Notes: generated by a model from the letters alone, not told the origin. A DNA stretch of 32,000 nucleotides from Crocosphaera subtropica ATCC 51142 (GCF_000017845.1 NC_010546.1:3630001-3662000), one strand, 5' to 3'. Counted from the stretch's first letter, positions 1-6,960 are shown. A program made the numbers and translations.

Positions 1-429
1 ACTTTGAAAGGTTCCCACAAAGGGTTCCATTACTTGTCCTTGTTGCTTATTTTCCCTAAATCTTTCTGTAGCCTCGCTTAACTGAACTTGATAGGTTTGT
101 CCGTAAGGAACTGGGGTTTCTAGGGTATATGCTAAGCGACGGCCAGCCCAACTTACTTTACCAGGAAGGGGAGGATTAATCACTAAATTTTTCTCAACCG
201 TTGCTTTATCCATCGGACGATCAAAGGTTAAAATAAACGCCCTATCTTTACTGTCAACGGTTTCATTTTGCCAGCTAAAATCTTCGACTTCGGGACCTTT
301 TCTTAAAAAGCAATTATTACCACAAAGTTTATCTCCCATGATTAAACCAGCAATGAGGAGACTAAATCCTCCTATTAACAAGACAGAGAGTTTATCAATA
401 GGTTCTTGTAACGTAAGTTTATTCATCAT
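1..429 (-). CDS. N-terminal part of a membrane-anchored protein with a bacterial Ig-like domain; it runs off the left edge of the window
   Basis: This ORF is not in the supplied track. My manual reverse-strand translation from the ATG at 429 reads MMNKLTLQEPIDKLSVLLIGGFSLLIAGLIMGDKLCGNNCFLRKGPEVEDFSWQNETVDSKDRAFILTFDRPMDKATVEKNLVINPPLPGKVSWAGRRLAYTLETPVPYGQTYQVQLSEATERF and stays open to position 1. It has one N-terminal TM helix and a CxxxC. The 'FDRPMD..TVE.N..I.P...G' pattern is typical of Big_5/SbsA-type Ig domains. The start lies 16 nt after the stop of the upstream ORF, which suggests an operon. Confidence 0.5.
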   Translation of the reverse strand, partial: MMNKLTLQEPIDKLSVLLIGGFSLLIAGLIMGDKLCGNNCFLRKGPEVEDFSWQNETVDSKDRAFILTFDRPMDKATVEKNLVINPPLPGKVSWAGRRLAYTLETPVPYGQTYQVQLSEATERFRENKQQGQVMEPFVGTFQS

Positions 430-444
430 GTCAATTATTAATAC

Positions 445-1272
445 TTAATTAGAATACCCATAAGGATCATCAGGGGTAGGAATGGTCGTAATACTGTTAG
501 CCGATAGAACTAACTGACGTTTTTGAGTGGGGGTTTCTTGCATGGTTTGAGTATCAATGGCAAGGGTTTCGGTCATCATTTCCCCTTCAATTCGTAACCA
601 AGTATCAGGAGGATAATTGCTGCGATCGCGTTCTAATTTGACAGGAAGTCCTACGGGATAAGCATCCACAGCGCAACAACTAATAATAAAACGGGTCAAT
701 AAGATATAATCATCAGGCAGGAGGGGAGAATGCACCACAAATCCTGTTACGTTGGCTTTTTGACCTTGATAAGCATCTGGTTCAGGATAAGCATTGAGGG
801 TTCTGATCCAGTCAATGAGCGAACGTTCTTCTGGTTTAATGTTAACGCTAAAGCTTTGGGTTTCTCTTTGGGTGATGGGTAAAGAGTCTGACACCCCTCT
901 TTGTAAGGCCACTTGACTATCAAAAATGGTCGGAGGAATAGTTAAACCGGCGATCGCAGCAATAATCAACAAACAACTGCCCCATCCTGGGGGAAAAATA
1001 CTGATATGTTGCACCGTTTCCCCATTATTTCCTTTTTGACGTAAGCTTTGAATCCATAACCACGTTTTCACACCTCCGAGAATGATGAGGAAGATGCTAG
1101 TAACAAAAACCAGCAAAAAATAATTAGGATGAATCAATAGTTTAAGTTGACCCGTTACCCAGGATTTGAAGAGTAATGCCCCCCAAGCGAGAATAGCTAA
1201 GATATCTAACCCTGGTAAGAGAAATTTTAACTTAGGGGAGGGTTTTAGTTTGGATAGTACATTCATAAACAT
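445..1272 (-). CDS. TIGR03943/DUF1980-family membrane protein, the usual partner of a COG0701 permease
   Basis: 275-aa ORF with N-terminal hydrophobic helices followed by a soluble C-terminal domain carrying vicinal cysteines (FIISCCAVDAYPVG). It sits directly downstream of a COG0701-type permease (28-nt gap), which is the canonical arrangement for this family. Confidence 0.75.
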   Translation of the reverse strand: MFMNVLSKLKPSPKLKFLLPGLDILAILAWGALLFKSWVTGQLKLLIHPNYFLLVFVTSIFLIILGGVKTWLWIQSLRQKGNNGETVQHISIFPPGWGSCLLIIAAIAGLTIPPTIFDSQVALQRGVSDSLPITQRETQSFSVNIKPEERSLIDWIRTLNAYPEPDAYQGQKANVTGFVVHSPLLPDDYILLTRFIISCCAVDAYPVGLPVKLERDRSNYPPDTWLRIEGEMMTETLAIDTQTMQETPTQKRQLVLSANSITTIPTPDDPYGYSN

Positions 1273-1300
1273 TATTTGACTTTTTTAAATCACAGCTATT

Positions 1301-2338
1301 TTAGAGAAAATAACTATGAAACAAAGCCAAGATAAAGGTTAACTGCGCGGCCAGTGCAAATAAATACACTATCATTCTAGGTTGAAAAATTGAAAGCATT
1401 AAACCGATGGCCTTAATATCGATCATTGGCCCAAACACCAGAAACCCTAACAGAGAACTGGTGGTAAAGGTTGAGGCAAAGGATAAAGCAAAAAAAGCAT
1501 CCACCGTTGAACAGATAGAAACAATGGCGGCTAATAGCATCATAGCCAGGATAGAACTAATCGTCCCTTGTCCCAAACTCAAAACAATTTCACGGGGAAC
1601 AAACACTTGGAGACAAGCTGCGATCGCACTGCCTAAAATTAACATTCCCCCTAATTCTCGTAGTTCTTGGGTGACGTTTTCGATGAACAATTTTAAGCGT
1701 CTTCCCATCACTGATGGCTGATCCCTGGTTAGGGTTAAAGTGGCCGCTGACATTTCATCCAGTCGCATCGGACCGTTCCCCGTTCCCAGTAAAAAGGTCC
1801 CGGACTGTAATAACATAGATTCTTTTAAATTAGGTTCTTGTTTTCTCGAACGGGCAAATCTCGGTTGACGGGATAACTGGGTGATCCGTTGTGCTAACAG
1901 AGGTTGTAACATAGGCCGGGGATCTTTCTGCACACTAAAAATACAACCAATGGTAATAGCAATGATCAGAGAAAAGAGAATTCGATAAAAGACGATTTCT
2001 GGCTGACCTCGAAACGCTACCCAGGTAGACCAGATGACAATGGGATTAATGGTCGGGGCTGCTAATAAAAAGCCGATGGCCGCCGAATTGGGTAGTCCCT
2101 GCATGAGAAACCGTCGCGCCACTGGCACATTTCCGCACTCACACACGGGAAAGAGAAACCCGATACAACTACCGGCGATCGCTCCTAGTAATGGGTTTTT
2201 AGGAAGGCTGGCTATTAATTTTCCCTCATCGATAAACAGCAGTAAGGCACTCGATAAGGATACCCCCAACAGCAGAAAAGGAAAGGCTTCCACCAGCAAA
2301 CTGAGGAATAAGGTAAAGGCGTTGTGTAATTGTGTCAT
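1301..2338 (-). CDS. Predicted permease, UPF0718/ArsP-like (COG0701)
   Basis: 345-aa polytopic membrane ORF built as two hydrophobic lobes separated by a hydrophilic loop. An intramembrane CxC motif (FPVCECGNVPVARRF) resembles the vicinal-Cys motif of ArsP-type permeases. Confidence 0.8.
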   Translation of the reverse strand: MTQLHNAFTLFLSLLVEAFPFLLLGVSLSSALLLFIDEGKLIASLPKNPLLGAIAGSCIGFLFPVCECGNVPVARRFLMQGLPNSAAIGFLLAAPTINPIVIWSTWVAFRGQPEIVFYRILFSLIIAITIGCIFSVQKDPRPMLQPLLAQRITQLSRQPRFARSRKQEPNLKESMLLQSGTFLLGTGNGPMRLDEMSAATLTLTRDQPSVMGRRLKLFIENVTQELRELGGMLILGSAIAACLQVFVPREIVLSLGQGTISSILAMMLLAAIVSICSTVDAFFALSFASTFTTSSLLGFLVFGPMIDIKAIGLMLSIFQPRMIVYLFALAAQLTFILALFHSYFL

Positions 2339-2478
2339 TATACGATTGCCCGATCAGGCTGGTTAGGGTTATTTAGACGTAAGTTAGATCAATAAAGTTC
2401 GCTTAGATTCCTGAATGGGATGAAACAGGAATAACTTTATCACAATTTTTAATATTTTCTTAATATAACGAATTAACT

Positions 2479-2513
2479 GGAGTTAGGGGTTGAGGCTTAG
2501 AAGCTAGGAGTAA
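2479..2513 (+). repeat. Degenerate tandem heptamer array (GGAGTTA-like, 5 units)
   Basis: It reads GGAGTTA GGGGTTG AGGCTTA GAAGCTA GGAGTAA with period 7. It lies in the divergent promoter region between the permease operon and the Mo-hydroxylase cluster. The same heptamer is found at 22875-22902. Confidence 0.5.
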
Positions 2514-2595
2514 TGATAAAATAATAGAGTCAAAAAAAATCTGTCTGCGATCACTTAAAAGGTTGGCAATAAATTAATTTTTATACCATTAAATC

Positions 2596-3168
2596 ATGGA
2601 TGTAACCCTGAGTATTAATCAGAAAAAATACGATCTGAGTATTGAACCCCGTGTCACATTGTTAGATGCCCTAAGAGAAAGATTAGGATTGGTCGGCACG
2701 AAAAAGGGATGCGATCATGGACAATGTGGAGCTTGTACCGTGTTGGTAGAGGGTCAACGGATCTATTCTTGTCTAGCTTTAGCGGTGATGCAACAAGGAA
2801 AAGAAATTACCACCATTGAAGGGTTAGCCCAAGACAGTGTGCTTCATCCGGTACAACAAGCATTTATTGAGCATGATGGCTTTCAATGTGGTTATTGTAC
2901 CCCTGGACAAATTTGTGCCACGGTAGCTTTGTTAGAGGAAGTGAAACAAGGAACACCAAGTGCTGTCACATCAAACTTAAGCTCAGAAGTCTCCATGAAT
3001 GAACTCTGTGAAGCAGAAATTAAAGAACGGTTGAGTGGCAATCTCTGTCGGTGTAGTGCTTATAATGGCATTGTGGCAGCCGTACAGCAGGTTTTAGGGC
3101 AAACCTCACCGTCCCCTTTAGCTGAAATCAGAGTCAGTCAGTCTGGACTAAAAGAAATAGATGAATAA
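2596..3168 (+). CDS. Xanthine dehydrogenase-family [2Fe-2S] small subunit (PaoA/YagT-like)
   Basis: 190-aa ORF with two [2Fe-2S] cysteine clusters: CDHGQCGACTV...C (ferredoxin-type) and CGYCTPG...CRCSAY. An in-frame TAA at 2590-2592 excludes any N-terminal extension, so there is no Tat leader. Confidence 0.9.
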   Translation: MDVTLSINQKKYDLSIEPRVTLLDALRERLGLVGTKKGCDHGQCGACTVLVEGQRIYSCLALAVMQQGKEITTIEGLAQDSVLHPVQQAFIEHDGFQCGYCTPGQICATVALLEEVKQGTPSAVTSNLSSEVSMNELCEAEIKERLSGNLCRCSAYNGIVAAVQQVLGQTSPSPLAEIRVSQSGLKEIDE

Positions 3169-4156
3169 TTTTACCTATTGTCTCCCAGAGTCTCCCCTAG
3201 AGGCAGCTAACCAAAAAATGAGTGATCCCGATGCCCAGTTTATTGCCGGGGGAACCAACTTGGTTGATCGCTTAAAAGTCTTTTTAGATCAGCCTTCTCA
3301 ACTGATTGATATCTCCAACCTCGCCTTACAAACTATCGAAACAACAGCAGATGGGGGCCTTCGCTTAGGAGCATTAGCAACCAACACAGCAGTCGCTCAA
3401 AACAAAACCATTTGTCATCATTATCCTATGTTAGCGCGAGCCATTCTCTCCGGTGCGTCTCAGCAAATTCGTAATATGGCCACTGTGGGGGGAAATCTTC
3501 TACAACGGACTCGTTGCCCCTACTATTACGATACCGCTTTTCCCTGCAATAAACGGGAGCCGGAAACTGGCTGTCCTGCCATCGACGGAATGAACCGCAA
3601 CCATGCCATTCTTGGCAGTAGTGACCAGTGTGTGGCCGTTCATCCTTCGGATATGTGTGTCGCTTTAGCTGCTTTAGATGCAGTAGTAGAAGTCATGAGC
3701 GCACAAGGACAAAGACAAATCCCGTTTTGTGAGTTTCACCGTTTACCAGGAAATAGACCTGACAAAGATACTTATTTAGAACCAGGAGAGTTAATTACAG
3801 CAGTAACCCTTCCTCATATGTCGAAAAATCCATCGGGGGTTTATTTAAAAATACGCGATCGCACTTCCTATGCTTTTGCCTTAATTTCTGTGGCAGCCTC
3901 GGTTAATTTAGAAGGGGACAAAATAGAAGGGGTTCGCTTGGCTTTAGGGGGTGTGGCTCATAAACCTTGGCGAGCAACTGAAACAGAAGACTTTTTAATC
4001 GGTAAGTCCCTAGACGATAATATCTTAACCGAAGCAGCGGAAATTGCCCTACAAGATGCAAAACCCTTAAGCCAGAACCAGTTTAAAGTTGAACTGGCTA
4101 AAAGAGCCATTATCCGCGCCCTGAAAGTGTCTGCCCAAGGGGGTGGAGTCGTTTAA
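3161..4156 (+). CDS. Xanthine dehydrogenase-family FAD-binding medium subunit (PaoB/YagS/CoxM-like)
   Basis: 331-aa ORF with FAD-binding motifs FIAGGTNLVDRLK and ATVGGNL. It has a Cys-rich insert (RTRCPYYYD..FPCNKREPETGCPAID..SDQCVAV..SDMC). Its ATG overlaps the upstream stop by 8 nt (ATGAATAA), which suggests translational coupling. Confidence 0.9.
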   Translation: MNNFTYCLPESPLEAANQKMSDPDAQFIAGGTNLVDRLKVFLDQPSQLIDISNLALQTIETTADGGLRLGALATNTAVAQNKTICHHYPMLARAILSGASQQIRNMATVGGNLLQRTRCPYYYDTAFPCNKREPETGCPAIDGMNRNHAILGSSDQCVAVHPSDMCVALAALDAVVEVMSAQGQRQIPFCEFHRLPGNRPDKDTYLEPGELITAVTLPHMSKNPSGVYLKIRDRTSYAFALISVAASVNLEGDKIEGVRLALGGVAHKPWRATETEDFLIGKSLDDNILTEAAEIALQDAKPLSQNQFKVELAKRAIIRALKVSAQGGGVV

Positions 4157-6293
4157 ATTAATCCTTATAAAAACTATTATGAACCGCAAAGATGGAACCG
4201 CTAAAGTTACAGGAACAGCCACTTATGGGGCTGAACATCAAATTGCTGATTTAGTTCACGGTTATTTAATAACGGCTAATATCGCCTCTGGAGAAATTGC
4301 CAACATTAACACCGAGGCTGCTTTAAAATCTCCTGGGGTGATTAAAATTATCACTCACGAAAATCGACCGACCATTGTTAAACCGACCAATAACTTTATG
4401 GCCTCCAAAATTTACGAGGCCCGACTCCCATTATCGGATAATCAAATTCACTACGGTGGACAAATTATCGGTTTAGTAGTGGCCGAAACCTTTGAACAAG
4501 CCCGTCATGCTGCCCATTTAGTGGAAGTAGACTATCAAAGCCAAATCCCCACCATTGACGCAGAAAAAGCCCTGTTTACAGAGGCTCCGCCTATGTTTGG
4601 GGAAGACATGACCTTTGAGAAGGGGGATTTTCAGACCGGGGACTTATCCGATGCAATGGACCAAGCCGCCGTTAACATCATTGCTACTTACAAAACCGCT
4701 ACGGAACTACACGCTTCTATGGAACCCCATGCTATTATTGCCCATTGGGAAGGAGAAAATAGTTTGACGGTTTACGAACCCTCTCAGTGGGTGGTCGGAA
4801 GTCAGCAAACCTATGCAGAACTGTTTGGCCTGTCAAAAGAACAGGTTCGCATTATTACCCCGTTTATTGGTGGAGGGTTTGGCTCGAAAGCCTTTCCTTG
4901 GCCTCATGGCATTCTCTGTGTGGCTGTAGCCCGTGAATTGCAACGTCCGTTAAAAGTGGTTCTCAGTCGTCGGCAAATGACGGCCAATGCTGGCCATCGC
5001 TCCCAAACCGAGCAAACCATTAGCATCGGAGCCAATAACGACGGTAAGTTGCTGGCTATCGACCATGTAGCGAAATCGGTCACTTCTCCGGTGGATGTTT
5101 TTACCGAACCCTGTACCGGCATCACCCCGGCTATGTACAAAGCGGATAATTTACGAACCCGACAAGAACTGGCAGTGATGAATGTGGGAACACCGACGTT
5201 TATGCGTGCGCCAGGGGAAAATCCAGGGTTATGGGCCTTAGAGTCCGCTATGGATGAATTGGCCTGGGCTTTGGATATGGACCCGGTAGAACTGCGTTTA
5301 AAAAATCAAACCCATGAGCATCAGCGTAAGGGTTTACCTTTTTCGGCTAAAGCGTTTGCTGAATGTTTACAGGTGGGCGCAGAACAGTTTGGCTGGTTTC
5401 AAGAACCTCGCCAAGTCCGGTCAATGAGCCATGATGGAAAACAAATCGGTTGGGGGATGGCAGCCTCTACGTTTCCGGCATTGCGAGGTATGGCTACCGT
5501 GACGGTGCGGTTATTGGCTGATGGTAGCGCAGAGGTGTTAACCAGTGCCAATGATATGGGAACGGGATGTTATACCATTGTGGCCGGAACGGCCTCGGAA
5601 ATTTTACAATTGCCAGTAGAACGGATACGGGTCAAAATAGGGGACTCTTTGCTACCCAATGGGGGTATGGCTGGCGGTTCTCAAATGACGGCAACCCTGG
5701 TTCCTGTGGTAATGGGTGCTTGCAAAGCCGTTCTTGAAAAGGCTCAAGTAACGACTGCAACAGAGGCGTTAGAATACTTGAAACAGTCGGGACAAGAAGC
5801 CATAGAAGGCACCGCTTCATCCTCTCCTGGGGAGGAAGGTCAACAATGGGCGTTTCAGTCTTGGGGGGCGCATTTTTGTGAGGTGAGCGTTGATGAGGAA
5901 ATTGCTAGATTAAGGGTTAACCGTTGGCTGTCGGTGATGAATGTCGGGCGTATCATGAACCCGAAAACCGCTGCCTCTCAAGTGCGAGGGGGTGTGATTA
6001 TGGGCATTGGTCACGCTTTGATGGAAAACTGCGATTTTGATCCTAATTTCGGTCTTCCTACCGTTTATGACCTGGCCACCTATGATTATGCGACCCATGC
6101 AGATATTCCTCGTATTGAGGTTATTTTTGTGGGAGAACCAGACTACAATTTTAATCCGGCTGGGGTGCGAGGGTTAGGAGAAATTGGCATTACTGGGGTT
6201 TCAGCAGCGATCGCCAATGCCATCTATCATGCTATCGGAAAGCGCATTCGTCAGTTACCAATTACCCCTGATAAGTTAATCATTAATAATTAA
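4143..6293 (+). CDS. Xanthine dehydrogenase-family molybdopterin-binding large subunit (PaoC/YagR-like)
   Basis: 716-aa ORF with the N-terminal RKDGTAKVTGTATY motif, GGGFGSK, FMRAPGENPG and a C-terminal GVRGLGEIGITG containing the catalytic-Glu motif. The GTG at 4143 overlaps the upstream stop by 14 nt. An alternative ATG at 4179 would remove 12 residues; the longer form aligns better with the usual 'K..x.NR.DG' N-terminus. Confidence 0.9.
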   Translation: MESFKLILIKTIMNRKDGTAKVTGTATYGAEHQIADLVHGYLITANIASGEIANINTEAALKSPGVIKIITHENRPTIVKPTNNFMASKIYEARLPLSDNQIHYGGQIIGLVVAETFEQARHAAHLVEVDYQSQIPTIDAEKALFTEAPPMFGEDMTFEKGDFQTGDLSDAMDQAAVNIIATYKTATELHASMEPHAIIAHWEGENSLTVYEPSQWVVGSQQTYAELFGLSKEQVRIITPFIGGGFGSKAFPWPHGILCVAVARELQRPLKVVLSRRQMTANAGHRSQTEQTISIGANNDGKLLAIDHVAKSVTSPVDVFTEPCTGITPAMYKADNLRTRQELAVMNVGTPTFMRAPGENPGLWALESAMDELAWALDMDPVELRLKNQTHEHQRKGLPFSAKAFAECLQVGAEQFGWFQEPRQVRSMSHDGKQIGWGMAASTFPALRGMATVTVRLLADGSAEVLTSANDMGTGCYTIVAGTASEILQLPVERIRVKIGDSLLPNGGMAGGSQMTATLVPVVMGACKAVLEKAQVTTATEALEYLKQSGQEAIEGTASSSPGEEGQQWAFQSWGAHFCEVSVDEEIARLRVNRWLSVMNVGRIMNPKTAASQVRGGVIMGIGHALMENCDFDPNFGLPTVYDLATYDYATHADIPRIEVIFVGEPDYNFNPAGVRGLGEIGITGVSAAIANAIYHAIGKRIRQLPITPDKLIINN

Positions 6294-6300
6294 TCAGACG

Positions 6301-6344
6301 CTTACCAACTAACTAATTTAATCGACGGTGCAAGATATGAGGAT
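6301..6344 (+). repeat. Short dispersed repeat 'X', copy 1
   Basis: CTTACCAACTAACTAATTTAATCGACGGTGCAAGATATGAGGAT matches the reverse complement of 13623-13666 at about 36 of 44 positions. This includes an exact 15-mer, GGTGCAAGATATGAG. Confidence 0.6.
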
Positions 6345-6356
6345 TTGTGATTAACC

Positions 6357-6445
6357 TGAGTTCGGATTTTTTTAACGAGGGAATCAGAGTTTGAGACTTC
6401 CTATTTTGACACGTTATCTATCAATTTCCTTATATCGAACTCGGG
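6357..6445 (+). repeat. Short structured (MITE-like) repeat 'Y', copy 1
   Basis: The ends form an inverted repeat (GAGTTCGG ... TCGAACTC). The 3' part, ATTTTGACACGTTATCTATCAATTTCCTTATATCGAACTC, closely matches GTTTTGTCAGTTATCTCTCAATTTCCTTATGTCGAACCC at 22927-22965. Confidence 0.6.
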
Positions 6446-6446
6446 T

Positions 6447-6462
6447 TGTGATTACGATCACT
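6447..6462. promoter_or_regulatory. CRP-family-type palindromic site (TGTGA-N6-TCACt)
   Basis: The sequence TGTGATTACGATCACT matches 9 of 10 positions of the TGTGA-N6-TCACA consensus. It is one of two such sites in the same intergenic region. Confidence 0.3.
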
Positions 6463-6590
6463 ATCTAAGAATAAAATCTTTTTTTTATTGTTTTTAGGTC
6501 AGTGACTTAACACACAGTTGTTCTTGAAAAGATAGTTCATTAATAGGAAAGGGTAGATACATACGTCTACTCCTATTACACACACATAAG

Positions 6591-6637
6591 GAGAAAAAGA
6601 TTAATCATCATGTTTAATTCTTTTTCTCTTTTTCTTT
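6591..6637 (+). terminator. Candidate intrinsic terminator; it could end the pao operon 3'UTR or an sRNA
   Basis: A perfect 10-bp stem, GAGAAAAAGA (6591-6600) with TCTTTTTCTC (6619-6628), encloses an 18-nt loop and is followed by TTTTTCTTT. The stem is A/U-rich with only 3 G-C pairs, so its stability is modest. Confidence 0.35.
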
Positions 6638-6675
6638 ATGATGAGTTTTTTTCAACAAAATGATCATTCTTTAGC

Positions 6676-6691
6676 TGTGATAGTAATCACG
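6676..6691. promoter_or_regulatory. CRP-family-type palindromic site (TGTGA-N6-TCACg)
   Basis: The sequence TGTGATAGTAATCACG matches 9 of 10 positions of TGTGA-N6-TCACA. It lies about 95 nt upstream of the small ORF at 6780 and about 270 nt upstream of the GGDEF gene. Confidence 0.3.
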
Positions 6692-6779
6692 GCTCTTTTC
6701 TTACAAGAAAATAAACTAATAATAACAGGTTGATTAAATGACTAATTGAATTTTTTATTGTTTAACTGGGGTCGATAAT

Positions 6780-6911
6780 ATGAATTTACATTCTCAAAGC
6801 ATTATTTCCAATATAAAGGCAATGAATTTCATAAGTCTTAGTCCTTTTTTGACTGGTATAGCCGGAGTTGGGCTTGGTATATTAGTCGGTTTTTATTTAG
6901 GTTTACTTTAA
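6780..6911 (+). CDS. Possible 43-aa small membrane protein, or the detached N-terminal anchor of the downstream GGDEF protein
   Basis: My manual translation gives MNLHSQSIISNIKAMNFISLSPFLTGIAGVGLGILVGFYLGLL*, with a clear C-terminal TM helix. It is too short for the ORF track, and there is no homology evidence. Confidence 0.2.
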   Translation: MNLHSQSIISNIKAMNFISLSPFLTGIAGVGLGILVGFYLGLL

Positions 6912-6960
6912 GATTATTTTTTTTAAAAGAGTTAAAAATGAGTTTAGGCATCCCAAAAAA

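Noticed and set aside
1407-2366. Plus-strand ORFs 1407-1721 and 2034-2366 inside the permease gene
   Set aside because: They are antisense to a well-supported polytopic membrane ORF, and I recognise no motifs in them. They are typical shadow ORFs.
2505-2530. Fur/Zur-box-like AATGATAAAATAATAGA upstream of the permease operon
   Set aside because: It has too many mismatches to the TGATAAT-N-ATTATCA-type palindromes and is A+T-rich background.
4904-6098. Minus-strand ORFs 4904-5140, 5632-5820 and 5910-6098 inside the molybdopterin subunit gene
   Set aside because: These are short shadow ORFs antisense to a gene with clear family motifs.
6430-6445. tRNA T-arm-like GGTTCGA/TCGAAC strings in repeat Y (also at 22958-22966)
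   Set aside because: There is no complementary T-stem, acceptor stem or anticodon arm around them, so these are not tRNA genes or fragments.
6566-6590. Possible Yfr1 gene (ACTCCT...CACACAC between two hairpins)
   Set aside because: The ultraconserved core ACUCCUCACAC is interrupted here (ACUCCU-AUUA-CACAC), so this is not Yfr1 itself. I kept it only as a generic sRNA-like candidate.
6610-6663. 17-codon Phe-rich mini-ORF (MFNSFSLFLYDEFFSTK) resembling an attenuation leader peptide
   Set aside because: Its coding sequence is the U-rich arm of the terminator-like hairpin. No aromatic amino-acid genes follow it, and leader-peptide attenuation is not established in cyanobacteria.
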